Under the pieces are notes generated by a model. The model was not told the origin of the DNA. It saw only the letters and a program-made list of their open reading frames with translations, and searched no databases. Of a stretch of 64,000 bases of DNA, positions 54,050-62,986 are shown piece by piece. The first letter of the stretch is position 1, and every line of letters starts with the position of its first letter. A program made the position numbers and the translations under genes. The stretch comes from Actinomycetota bacterium (lineage in GTDB: Bacteria > Actinomycetota > Thermoleophilia > RBG-16-64-13), in assembly GCA_012523095.1 (NCBI GenBank), contig JAAYJE010000038.1:40244-104243 (forward strand). Direction: 5' to 3'.

Positions 54050-54610
54050 GTGACAGACGACAAGGGAGGCGCTACGGAGCAAAGCGAAGACACCAGGGGC
54101 CTCATTGTGGAGGGGACCGACCGTCGCGGACACGACGAGAGCTTCGAGTCGCTTTTCCGGCGGTATTATCCCCGCGTGGTCCAGGTTCTCTGTCTCACCA
54201 CCCTGGATAGAGAAACAGCCGCGGATGCTGCCCAGGAGGCCTTCCTCCAGCTGCATCTCGATTGGGAACGAGTGTCCCAGTACGGGAACCCGGCCGGCTG
54301 GATCTATCGCGTGGCCCTCAACCGCTCTCGTGACTACAGGCGCCGTGCGGTGAAGACTCTGAAATTTCGCCAGAGCCAAGCCGGAGGTGCAACCGATCCC
54401 CAGGAAGTCGTCTGGGAGCCGCAACTGAGCTTTCTCGAGGCATTGAAGGCACTGCCCGAACGACAGCGACAGGCGGCGGCCCTTCATTACGTCGCGGGAT
54501 TCTCGCAAAAGGAGACCGCCGAAGCCATGGGTCTGTCTGAAGGCACCGTCAAGAGCCATCTGTTTCGAGCGCGAGACACACTGCGCAGGAAGATCGAGGT
54601 GGAATCATGA
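54050..54610 (+). CDS. ECF (sigma-70 family) RNA polymerase sigma factor
   Basis: Region 2 (..FESLFRRYYPRVVQVLCLTT..AQEAFLQLH..WIYRVALNRSRDYRRR..) and region 4 (..ALPERQRQAAALHYVAGFSQKETAEAMGLSEGTVKSHLFRAR..). The start is uncertain: GTG at 54050 or GTG at about 54109. Confidence 0.8.
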   Translation: MTDDKGGATEQSEDTRGLIVEGTDRRGHDESFESLFRRYYPRVVQVLCLTTLDRETAADAAQEAFLQLHLDWERVSQYGNPAGWIYRVALNRSRDYRRRAVKTLKFRQSQAGGATDPQEVVWEPQLSFLEALKALPERQRQAAALHYVAGFSQKETAEAMGLSEGTVKSHLFRARDTLRRKIEVES

Positions 54611-56124
54611 AGCAGACGGAGATGAACGACGAGCAATTGCAGCAGGAGTTTCAGAAGAACCTGCCCAGGGTCGACGCCCAGCAGGGATGGAGGCGGTTGC
54701 AGGCAAGGCTCGCAGATAAACGGTCACCCGGGTTGAGAAGATTCAAGCAACGCCGGCCACGCGTGATCATCACCGCAGTTACCGTCGGTGCCGCTGCAAT
54801 AGTGATCATTCTGGTTGCCGCCACAGTTCTCGGGGTCTTCGGTGACGGTACCGAGGTAGCTTCAGTAGACGTGACAACCGGGTCGACCGGCGGTGGACCT
54901 GCGACCGTCACGACAACATCCCCCGGTCCCGTGAGGCCGACCACAGACGGTCCATCCGGAGCCGGATCGGTGTTGACCACGTCTCCCTGGGCTGACTCCT
55001 GGCCGTCTGTGGGAGCGTCCGAAGCGGCGAAGTCGGCCATATCGGCTTGGCCGGCAGGCATCGAGTTCCTCGTGCTCAGTACGGGGTACGAAGTCTACGT
55101 AGTGGACCACGATGGCATCAGGTGGAGCCAGGAGATACAGGCGCGCCCCGAGAACACGAGCCTTGCACCTTCCACTCCCTTCGACGGTGTGGCCGTTAGC
55201 AAAAACCAACAGTTCCTCGCCTACGTCGATCATGCGAAGGAGGTGGTTGTCCGCTCGATCAGTGACGGAGCCGAGGTCGGTCGCGTCCCGTATCGGGCCG
55301 AAAGTGAGACGCAACTGCGCTGCCTGTCCTCCGACGGGAACTTGGTTGCGCTTGCCTCGGTGTCTCCGGACCTGCCCAAGGGGACGGTCGGCTCCCGGTT
55401 GCCGTGGAAGGTCATAATCTTGAACCTGCACACCGGCGAGACCTTCATCGAGCAGCCGCTTGAGGACCTGGTCAAGGAACGGACCGCCACGGACTCCAAA
55501 GCCGCCTTCACGCTCTATTCACTGCATTGGCTGTCGGAAGGACGACTTCTCGTCCAGTACAGCGGGTCGGGGCAGACTGCCTATGTCTATGACATCCAAA
55601 CGGACAGCATGGTGCCCATCCCCGGCCTGAGCATGGTCTCCGCCGTCGGCGATGACGACACCGTCTATGGGTGGGGGGATGACCCGAAGGGTCCTCGCCC
55701 GGTGATCTGGGACGGCGGTGCGATCAAAGCACTCGAGCTCGATGCCGATTCGGCCTACGCCGGCTCGGGAGCCTTCAATCAGGCGGGGGATGCTCTTGTG
55801 GTCCAAGTGCTGTCCTCCACCCATCAGGCCCGGGGATGGCAGCTCTACCGCCTCACCGAGGGGCACTGGGAACGCTCCGGCCCCGTCTCGGAGATCTCAT
55901 GGATGAAGGCAGGCCCCCGTGTCCTGAGTGCTGACGGCACCTCCGCTTATACCGCTCTGGAAGGGGGCCGCCAATGGGAGAGCGGTCAGTACGCCGCACT
56001 TCTCTCCCATGACTTTCAAACGGGAGCATGGCAGGAGTGGCTGGGGCCGGAGGACCTTCTCGTCGACTTCGGCCAATACCCCTTCGTGGCGATCGTTCCT
56101 ACGGCTGCGCCGATAGGCGGATAG
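54607..56124 (+). CDS. ECF-sigma-associated single-pass membrane protein with large extracytoplasmic beta-propeller-like domain (putative anti-sigma factor)
   Basis: ATGA overlap with the sigma gene. Short cytoplasmic N-region, one TM (VIITAVTVGAAAIVIILVAATVLGV), then a Thr/Pro linker and ~380 aa beta-rich domain. No zinc-finger anti-sigma motif. Confidence 0.45.
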   Translation: MKQTEMNDEQLQQEFQKNLPRVDAQQGWRRLQARLADKRSPGLRRFKQRRPRVIITAVTVGAAAIVIILVAATVLGVFGDGTEVASVDVTTGSTGGGPATVTTTSPGPVRPTTDGPSGAGSVLTTSPWADSWPSVGASEAAKSAISAWPAGIEFLVLSTGYEVYVVDHDGIRWSQEIQARPENTSLAPSTPFDGVAVSKNQQFLAYVDHAKEVVVRSISDGAEVGRVPYRAESETQLRCLSSDGNLVALASVSPDLPKGTVGSRLPWKVIILNLHTGETFIEQPLEDLVKERTATDSKAAFTLYSLHWLSEGRLLVQYSGSGQTAYVYDIQTDSMVPIPGLSMVSAVGDDDTVYGWGDDPKGPRPVIWDGGAIKALELDADSAYAGSGAFNQAGDALVVQVLSSTHQARGWQLYRLTEGHWERSGPVSEISWMKAGPRVLSADGTSAYTALEGGRQWESGQYAALLSHDFQTGAWQEWLGPEDLLVDFGQYPFVAIVPTAAPIGG

Positions 56125-56125
56125 C

Positions 56126-56157
56126 GGCGTCATCCGACGGAGGCGTCATCCGACGGA
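56126..56157. repeat. Two tandem 16-bp direct repeats (ggcgtcatccgacgga)
   Basis: Read directly, immediately after the 56124 stop codon, at the start of a 487-nt noncoding stretch. Confidence 0.6.
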
Positions 56158-56611
56158 GTCGCCGTCCCCGTGGCTCTCGTCGTATTCGTCGCTGCTAAGT
56201 GGGTCGCTGAATCGCCGGGCGACCCGTTGTGCCTCGACGCCTTTGGGGGCGGGCGCGCCCCGAGCCGCGACGCGCCCCAAGCCGCAGGTCCACTTGAATC
56301 CGTCGGCCAAGTCCCCTAGAGTGAGTGGCTGCGCACTCCGTGCGCTCGTGGCCGTTGCGTTACACGGAACGCGGCGGCTTCCTTGCGAAGCAGAGAGGAG
56401 GGCAGAGATGACACGTTATCGGACTTGATCCTGGGCAGCGGCATGTACGGGTTGCATGTGCGTCACAACTAGTCAATCGCGCCCAGGTTCTCGCTCTCCC
56501 CTTCGCAGTCTGCCCTCGTCGGACCCGGGGTCTCCTGACTCCAGACGAACGAGGTCGGTCTAGATACTGAGGAAGAGGTGTTCGGCCTGGGCCCGGCTCA
56601 AGGAAAGGCTC

Positions 56612-57742
56612 ATGGCCAAGAACACCAGTAGGACTTCACTCATAGGACTCAAGAGTTTTTTCACATCCCGATGGGGCCCGATTGTGACAGGGGCGATCAT
56701 CGGCATCCTAGCGCCCCTCCTCGTATTCTGGGGCAACCCCGGCAACATGGGCATCTGCGTGGCCTGTTTCACACGGGATATCGCAGGAGCCCTCGGGATG
56801 CACCGAGCAGGCGTGGTCCAATATATACGTCCCGAGATCATCGGAATCGTGCTCGGAGCACTGGCCGCGGGTCTGTTGTTCAAGGAGTTCAAGGCGAAGG
56901 GAGGCTCGGCCCCGCTCGTCCGCTTCATCCTCGGTTTCTTCGCCATGGTCGGTGCCCTGGTTTTCTTGGGCTGTCCTTGGCGGGCTTATCTTCGCCTCGC
57001 CGGTGGTGACCTGAACGCGCTGTTCGGGATCCTGGGACTCATAATCGGCATCGGCATAGGGGTCGTCTTCCTGCGCAGGGGCTTCTCGCTCGGTCGTGCC
57101 CGGCCCGCATCCGCGGCAGTCGGTTGGATCATGCCCATCGCCATGATCGCCCTCTTGGTCTTGCTCTTGGTCGCCCCTCTGTTCGGGCGCGATGCGGACG
57201 GCAACCCGGTCGGCCCCATCTTCTTCTCTGAGAGCGGTCCGGGCAGTCAGTACGCCTTCTGGGTCATCGCTCTGGTGGTGGGTCTGGTAATCGGTTTCCT
57301 GGCGCAGCGGAGCCGCTTCTGCACGGTGGGGGGCATCAGAGACGTGATGCTGATGCGCGATCGACATCTGCTGAACGGGATCATCGCTCTGGTCGTGTTC
57401 GCATTCATCACCAACCTCATACTCGGCCAGTTCCACTTAGGCATCGCCGACCAGCCTGTGGCCCACACCGACCAGTGGTGGAACGTCCTGGGGATGGTGC
57501 TCGCAGGATTCGCCTTCACCCTCTCTGGAGGATGTCCGGGCCGTCATCTGGTCATGTCCGGCGAAGGTAACGCCGACTCGGGCATGTTCGTGATCGGGAT
57601 GCTTGTCGGGGCCGGGTTCGCCCACCAGTTCTCGATGGCCAGCTCAGGAGCCGGAGCGGGAGCTTTCGGCCCCATGGCCGTCGGTATCGGCTTGGCGGTG
57701 TGCCTGGCCATAGGACTGACGATGAAACAAAAGGCCTCCTGA
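56612..57742 (+). CDS. YeeE/YedE family membrane transporter (thiosulfate / sulfur-selenium compound uptake, TsuA-like)
   Basis: Conserved Cys-containing loops GICVACF, FCTVGG and GGCPGRH, with two internally repeated halves. AAGGAAAGG RBS. Confidence 0.8.
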   Translation: MAKNTSRTSLIGLKSFFTSRWGPIVTGAIIGILAPLLVFWGNPGNMGICVACFTRDIAGALGMHRAGVVQYIRPEIIGIVLGALAAGLLFKEFKAKGGSAPLVRFILGFFAMVGALVFLGCPWRAYLRLAGGDLNALFGILGLIIGIGIGVVFLRRGFSLGRARPASAAVGWIMPIAMIALLVLLLVAPLFGRDADGNPVGPIFFSESGPGSQYAFWVIALVVGLVIGFLAQRSRFCTVGGIRDVMLMRDRHLLNGIIALVVFAFITNLILGQFHLGIADQPVAHTDQWWNVLGMVLAGFAFTLSGGCPGRHLVMSGEGNADSGMFVIGMLVGAGFAHQFSMASSGAGAGAFGPMAVGIGLAVCLAIGLTMKQKAS

Positions 57743-57832
57743 GGAAGGCCTTCTGACGAGGGCCTCTTGAGACCGCCGCGATAGCCCCCAAGACCGGCAC
57801 GGATATCTGACGACACAGAAGGAGTACAAGAC

Positions 57833-58075
57833 ATGAGCGACACGACCAACATGGCCGACGACCGATTGACAATCGACTGCAGCGGCCTCTCCTGTCCTGA
57901 GCCCGCGTTCACAGCTAAGAAGGTCCTCACGTCGACCGATGCGAAGACCGTGGAGATACTGGTCGACTCGGCCACCTCCCAGAACAACGTGCTGCGCGCC
58001 GGCGAAAAAGCAGGCTGGACCGGTGAGGCGGAAGAGCGTGACGACGGGGGATTCCGAGTGGTCTTCCGAAGGTGA
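57833..58075 (+). CDS. TusA-like sulfurtransferase (TsuB/YedF-like)
   Basis: 80 aa with the CPxP motif LTIDCSGLSCPEPA. AAGGAG RBS. Confidence 0.75.
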   Translation: MSDTTNMADDRLTIDCSGLSCPEPAFTAKKVLTSTDAKTVEILVDSATSQNNVLRAGEKAGWTGEAEERDDGGFRVVFRR

Positions 58076-58083
58076 TATGACGC

Positions 58084-58638
58084 ATGCGGCTGTTCAAGAG
58101 AAAAGATAAGACCGGCGAAACCTCGACAGACGAGGCCCTTGGGCTCTTCTTGTTCGACGAGGTGCCCGACGCCTTGGCGGCCGAACAAGCACTCAAGGCG
58201 GCCGGGTATCAGGTCTCACTCGTCTCTCCCCCGCCGGAGCTCCGGGCCGGCTGCGACTTGGCCGTAGTCCTGCCGCGGGTGGAACAGGTCGGAGCCCAAA
58301 GGGTGCTTGCAGACTCCGACGTCCACGTACGCGACTGGGTCGACGACACCGAGCGGAGCAGCGCCGTCACCGATCTGGTCACCACGGTGGATCTCGGCGA
58401 CTGGCTGATGGTCCGAGCGGGCAACATGAAGATCGTGGTAGACAAGAAGACCACGGAGATCGTCAATACATCCGGCGGCGGCTGTCCCGATATCCCCTAC
58501 CTCAACCTGCATTATGTGGGAAAGCGCCTGGCGGACGCCCAGCGCCCGAAGAACGTCGGGTTCACCCTGTGCGGACTCATGCTCGATCGCGCCTATCTTG
58601 AGGCCTGCGCGCTCCTCGACAACGGAGCCGGATCATGA
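58084..58638 (+). CDS. DUF3343-domain (putative S/Se carrier) protein with an extra C-terminal Cys-containing domain
   Basis: N-terminal ~75 aa (..LFLFDEVPDALAAEQALKAAGYQVSLVSPPPELRAGCDLAVVL..) resembles DUF3343. The C-terminal ~100 aa carries GGGCPD and TLCGLM cysteines and belongs to no family I recognise. Confidence 0.5.
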   Translation: MRLFKRKDKTGETSTDEALGLFLFDEVPDALAAEQALKAAGYQVSLVSPPPELRAGCDLAVVLPRVEQVGAQRVLADSDVHVRDWVDDTERSSAVTDLVTTVDLGDWLMVRAGNMKIVVDKKTTEIVNTSGGGCPDIPYLNLHYVGKRLADAQRPKNVGFTLCGLMLDRAYLEACALLDNGAGS

Positions 58639-59573
58639 GTCTGCTCGTGGTGGCCACTTATCCTGTCGAGGGCGGTCGGGTGCTGGATGGAGCGGCCGAG
58701 CTCACAGAAGACGGCCGCCTGACCATCGACGGGTCGCCTCTACCGGCCTCCCAAGGCACCTACGCGCTTCTCGCAGCCGCCTGCCGGACCGCCTCGTTCC
58801 TCGATGCGCCGTCACCCCACGCCTTGATCGCCGGCGACATCGGCCGTGGCGACGGGACTCGGGCTGCATTCAAGCAGCTGGTCGAGACGGTGTCACGCAT
58901 CAGACCGGCCGTGGTGGTCTTCCACTATATGCAACCGATCATGGCGCTGATGAGGCACGCGCTCGCTGAACTAGCGGGCGCGTGCCCCGACGCCCTCCTT
59001 GTGGCCGACGCCGGCGGGATGTACGCGGCGAAGGCCGCAGGGCTTGCACCCCGTTTCGAGCTCATGACCCCGGATATCGGCGAGATCGGTTTTCTGGCCG
59101 ATCCCAAGGTCAGCCATCCTGCATATGTGGGCCACCACCTTCTCGGCGGCGCTGACTTCGACCCGGCCGCGCTGGCGCGGGAGGCTCACGAAAACGGTGG
59201 TTCTTCACGAGTTCTGCTCATCAAGGGTGCCGTCGACCACGTCGTAGAGGAGGGGGCGGTCACGGCCGTCATCGACGAACCGAACGTACCTGCCCTGGAA
59301 GCCATCGGGGGCACGGGAGACACCATCACCGGGCTCGCCTCGGCCTTCATGGCAGCCGGGTTAGACACGGTGGGTGCCGCCATCTGCGCCGCCCGCGCCA
59401 ATCGGGAGGCCGGTGTCCTCATGCAGGCCACGCCGGCCATGAGCGCCGCAGATCTTGTCGACAGACTCCCAGAGGTGCTCGTGAACCACCTCGAACATGC
59501 CGGCAACGATCGAAGCAGGTCCCGGCGAAGCCGACGCGGGGAATCGAACCCCGGACCTGCTCATTACGAGTGA
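58635..59573 (+). CDS. ribokinase-fold carbohydrate-kinase-domain protein (YjeF-C / ThiM-like), function unknown
   Basis: ..LLIKGAVDHVVEEGAVTAVIDEPNVPALEAIGGTGDTITGLASAFMAAGL.. matches the GxGD anion-hole region of YjeF-C/hydroxyethylthiazole-kinase-type proteins. ATGA overlap with the upstream gene. The last 45 nt overlap the antisense tRNA-Thr. Confidence 0.5.
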   Translation: MSLLVVATYPVEGGRVLDGAAELTEDGRLTIDGSPLPASQGTYALLAAACRTASFLDAPSPHALIAGDIGRGDGTRAAFKQLVETVSRIRPAVVVFHYMQPIMALMRHALAELAGACPDALLVADAGGMYAAKAAGLAPRFELMTPDIGEIGFLADPKVSHPAYVGHHLLGGADFDPAALAREAHENGGSSRVLLIKGAVDHVVEEGAVTAVIDEPNVPALEAIGGTGDTITGLASAFMAAGLDTVGAAICAARANREAGVLMQATPAMSAADLVDRLPEVLVNHLEHAGNDRSRSRRSRRGESNPGPAHYE

Positions 59574-59601
59574 GCCGCTCTGCCATCTGAGCTACGTCGG
59601 C
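59529..59601 (-). tRNA. tRNA-Thr (anticodon CGT)
   Basis: Manual cloverleaf: acceptor GCCGACG/CGUCGGC, D arm GCUC-AGAUGGCA-GAGC, anticodon arm GCUCA-CUCGUAA-UGAGC, variable AGGUC, T arm CGGGG-UUCGAUU-CCCCG, discriminator U. No encoded CCA. Confidence 0.9.
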
Positions 59602-59670
59602 AAAATGCAACTTTTGGCTGCAATATCCCCTGCTACGCCACACTCCGAGTTGTGCTATGTTTAGTGTTGG

Positions 59671-60922
59671 TTGGTGTGTATTAATCGGTCTTTTTATGAC
59701 GCCACTGTGACGCGAAAAACACACCTGACCAGACGCATGCTCGACAGCCTGGAACCCAGAGGGGGCCAGTATACCGTGTGGGATGATGAGCTGCCCGGGT
59801 TTGGCGTCCGGGTAACACGGGCAGGCACCATTTCGTTCGTTCTCGATTACATCACCCGGAGCAGCATCCGGCACCGCCAAACCATCGGGCGCTACGGAGC
59901 CATCACTGTCGACCAGGCGCGTGATGAGGCGATGAAGATACTCGGACAGGTCGCCGCCGGACTCGATCCTCTCGATATCAAACGGAAGGCGCGCGAAGGT
60001 CAGACAATCCGGGAGTTCGCTGCAGAATACCTGGCTCACGCGAAGGGCTACAAGAAGCCGGCTTCGATCCGCGCCGACACCTATGCACTTGACGCTGTGA
60101 TCGTGAAGAAACAGGATAGTCGACGGCTAGACGCAGTGACACGCGAAGATGTGGCACGCCTCCATCGTAGTCTTCAAGCACGTCCTCACCAGGCGAACCG
60201 GATCCTCGCCACTTTCAGCCACCTATACACCGTGGCCGCCGCCTGGGGCAGAGTGCCCGAAGGCTTCAACCCTTGCCGACACGTGGCCAAGTTCCAGGAA
60301 ACGAAACGCAAGCGTTTCCTCGACACCGACGAACTGGCCCGCCTTGGTGAAACACTTGTCGCTCTTGAGCCGGATCACCCTTACGAGGTACGCGTCGTCC
60401 GCCTGCTCCTGCTCACGGGCTGCCGCTTGAACGAGATCTTGTCGTTCGCCTGGGCAGATGTCGACCTTGAGCACGCCGTCCGACGTCTCCGCGACGCCAA
60501 GGCCGGGCCGCGGGATGTTCCTTTGGGTGCTGCGGCCATCGATGTGCTGCAACCGCTCGCCCGAGAGTCCGAGTGGGTGATCCCCAGTCGCAGCCGCAAG
60601 GGCAGGCACTTGGTGAATCTCTCCACTTTCTGGCATCGGGACGTGATCACGGCCGCCGAACTGCCAGGTGTCCCGCTTGCATGATCTACGCCATACCGTT
60701 GGAGGCGCGGGTGCCAGTGCGGGTCTCTCTATGCTGGAGATACAGGCCATTCTTGGCCACAGCCAGGTTTCCACCACCGAGCGCTATTCTCATCTGTCTA
60801 GAAGCGCGGCCCACGAAGCTGCAGACAAGGTCTCCGGGGATATCGCCGCCGCTCTTGCGACACCTACCCGAAGCGCTGACATCATCGACATGCGGGAGCG
60901 GCGGCGACAGAAGGCGAAGTAG
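59671..60922 (+). pseudogene. Tyrosine-type site-specific integrase (P4-like, with N-terminal arm-binding DUF4102-type domain), interrupted by a 1-nt frameshift near 60668-60685
   Basis: N-ORF 59671-60684 carries ..YTVWDDELPGFGVRVTRAGTISFVLDY.. and the core-binding domain. The catalytic HDLRHT...LGHSQVSTTERYSHL (His and Tyr nucleophile) continue in the next frame as ORF 60668-60922. The frameshift falls in a ggtgtcccgc C-run. Confidence 0.75.
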
Positions 60923-61437
60923 TGGATGCTGGAAAGGGGGCGGTGATGAGCGGCACGGATTGGGAACCTGAGCGGCCCGGCTGGTGGTCACGGCAGGGCT
61001 ATGCGACCAAAGTGGTCATCGTCATCGTCGTTGTCATGGTTGTCGGAGGCATAGTAGCCATCGCCACACATGATCGCGAGGAAGAAGCCGTGACCTACTA
61101 CACTTATTCAGCCACCGATCGTCCCACCACCACGGTGCGTAGCCCGACCAAGCAGGTGGAGCTGGTGAGCGAGACGCTGCAAGTGAGCCACGAGCGCAAG
61201 TACATGAGGTTCACGGGGAAGGTCAAGAACACCGGCACTCGGGCGCTCAAGTTCGTCAAAGTCCGTGGCTATGCCCTTACCGACCGCGGCGCCACGGTGA
61301 ACACCGACTATGCGTACATCGACAGCGACATCCTCGCCCCCCGCGCGACGGCCACCTTCACGATCATCATCGATGACCCTCACAATGAGGCCACTCGGGG
61401 CAGATTCGAAGTGATGGAGGCGCGTTACGCCGACTAA
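60922..61437 (+). CDS. hypothetical membrane-anchored protein
   Basis: One TM (VVIVIVVVMVVGGIVAIA) then a ~120-aa beta-rich extracytoplasmic domain. No family recognised. Confidence 0.35.
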   Translation: MDAGKGAVMSGTDWEPERPGWWSRQGYATKVVIVIVVVMVVGGIVAIATHDREEEAVTYYTYSATDRPTTTVRSPTKQVELVSETLQVSHERKYMRFTGKVKNTGTRALKFVKVRGYALTDRGATVNTDYAYIDSDILAPRATATFTIIIDDPHNEATRGRFEVMEARYAD

Positions 61438-61469
61438 CCGGGACAGCAGATGGCCATGACGCAGCGAGC

Positions 61470-62291
61470 TCACTGCGGCGGCTTACACACTTTGCAGGGC
61501 TCATATCCCTGGGCCATGGCATCAGCGAGGCTAATGGGGATCTTGCTCTTCTTGAGGTGCCGGCAACCAGCGCGATGGTATTTTTCGCCCGTGTTTGTGA
61601 TGTAGACGGTGGGGCCGTCACTTTTCTCCGAGCTAACGGTGGTGGTCGGTGCTTCCGTCGTTGTGGTGGTTGGGGTTTCCGTCGTTGTGGTGGCGGCTCC
61701 CCATAGACCTGCGTCGGCATTGCGAGCTGCCTCTTGCGCCGATTGGAAGGTCTCTACGTATTTCACGTTGGGAGGATAGGTGGCTATCTGCGCATAGCCA
61801 TCAAGGACCAGACGGTGGTTAATGCAGGTGTCGCCCGCCCAGACGTAAGCCAAGAGGCGGCCGTAACGATCGTGCTCGTCAACATCGAGCTCCAACGACA
61901 GTGGACCCAAACACAATAGTTGCTCGTTGTAGGCTGTGGCCATAGCGCCGTATTCGTCGTCGTCCGTCTCCGGGCAGTCGACACCGATGTAACGGACTCT
62001 TTCGTTGCTGCCGTCGGGCATCTGCACCTCAATGGTGTCGCCATCGATGATGCGCACTAGTTCGACGGCGATCCTGCCCAGGGTAGTGGTGGTCGAGGGG
62101 ATGGTGGTGGTCGAGGGGATGGTGGTAGTGGTGTATTCTGTGGTGGCAGGTGCTGTTGTAGTGGGTGCCGTGATGGTGGTTGACTCCCCTGTCACGACTG
62201 TGACGAGAGCTTCATTGTCTCCGCAGGAGGTGGCGGTAACAGCCAGCGCGAGACATACGCAAAGTGTCGCGATCACCCGGTAGATTCTCAT
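61470..62291 (-). CDS. thermonuclease (staphylococcal-nuclease SNase-fold) family lipoprotein with Thr-rich linkers and a C-terminal Cys/His zinc-ribbon-like tail
   Basis: Signal and lipobox MRIYRVIATLCVCLALAVTATSCG. SNase core ..IIDGDTIEVQMPDGSNERVRYIGVDCPE...YGRLLAYVW...NHRLVLDGYA.. Tail ..YHRAGCRHL...CKVCKPPQ. Contains an 18-bp x2 tandem repeat at 62088-62123. Confidence 0.75.
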   Translation of the reverse strand: MRIYRVIATLCVCLALAVTATSCGDNEALVTVVTGESTTITAPTTTAPATTEYTTTTIPSTTTIPSTTTTLGRIAVELVRIIDGDTIEVQMPDGSNERVRYIGVDCPETDDDEYGAMATAYNEQLLCLGPLSLELDVDEHDRYGRLLAYVWAGDTCINHRLVLDGYAQIATYPPNVKYVETFQSAQEAARNADAGLWGAATTTTETPTTTTTEAPTTTVSSEKSDGPTVYITNTGEKYHRAGCRHLKKSKIPISLADAMAQGYEPCKVCKPPQ

Positions 62292-62407
62292 TTACGCCCC
62301 CAACGTTTTATGAGCATCTGAAGCACAGGCGGCACGCATCTATACTAACAGTTGGTCAAGAATGGTGGTCCCGCGGGATATTGTGTTCCAAAGACGGGCA
62401 AAGTACC

Positions 62408-62662
62408 ATGGCCCTCATGGGAAAACAGGACCTGCCAGGCGAACTGAATCCGGGAATATTGGTCGACTTCGCAAAGTCGAGGGGCTTCACTCTTGATAAG
62501 TCAGAGGGCAGTCACATGCTATACCGCAAGCCTGGTTGGGGCCACGTATCGATACCGAATAAGCCGATCCCGACGCGGCGAAACAGCTGGACCTTCAAGA
62601 ACATCCTTACAGCCTGCGGAGCTACGCGCAAGGAATTCACTGAGTGGCTGCGCGCCCACTAA
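62408..62662 (+). CDS. HicA-family toxin (YcfA-like mRNA interferase)
   Basis: ..FTLDKSEGSHMLYRKPGWGHVSIPNKPIPTRRNSWTFKNILTACG.. has the HicA G-SH motif and C-terminal pattern. ATG at 62408; the track start at 62264 is rejected. Confidence 0.6.
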   Translation: MALMGKQDLPGELNPGILVDFAKSRGFTLDKSEGSHMLYRKPGWGHVSIPNKPIPTRRNSWTFKNILTACGATRKEFTEWLRAH

Positions 62663-62665
62663 TTT

Positions 62666-62986
62666 CTAGTGGGCCCAGGCCTCCAGGTCTTGGATGAACG
62701 GCATCGAGCGCCCATCCGTTCCCGGCCTGTTGCCGGGCGAAAGCCTGGACAGGCACTTCAATACACGGAACTTGATTCTCAGCCGTAGAGGAGCCGGACG
62801 TCTAAGTTCTCCCAGCGTCCTGCCCAATTTGCGGCCTTCTTCGATGTAGGCCTCAGCCATCCAGATGGAACTCTTGATGGCTTCATCCGACGTGTCGCCG
62901 GTGCCGACGACGTTGTAGTCCAAAACGATGGATGCCCAGTACTCCCCTTCGCGCCGGACGATGCCGCGCATCTTTACGGCGTCCAT
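62666..62986 (-). CDS. HicB-family antitoxin-like protein (UPF0150 fold)
   Basis: ..MRGIVRREGEYWASIVLDYNVVGTGDTSDEAIKSSIWMAEAYIEEGRKLG.. fits the HicB N-domain. Convergent to the HicA gene with a 3-nt gap. Start ambiguous (62986 or 62971). Confidence 0.5.
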   Translation of the reverse strand: MDAVKMRGIVRREGEYWASIVLDYNVVGTGDTSDEAIKSSIWMAEAYIEEGRKLGRTLGELRRPAPLRLRIKFRVLKCLSRLSPGNRPGTDGRSMPFIQDLEAWAH

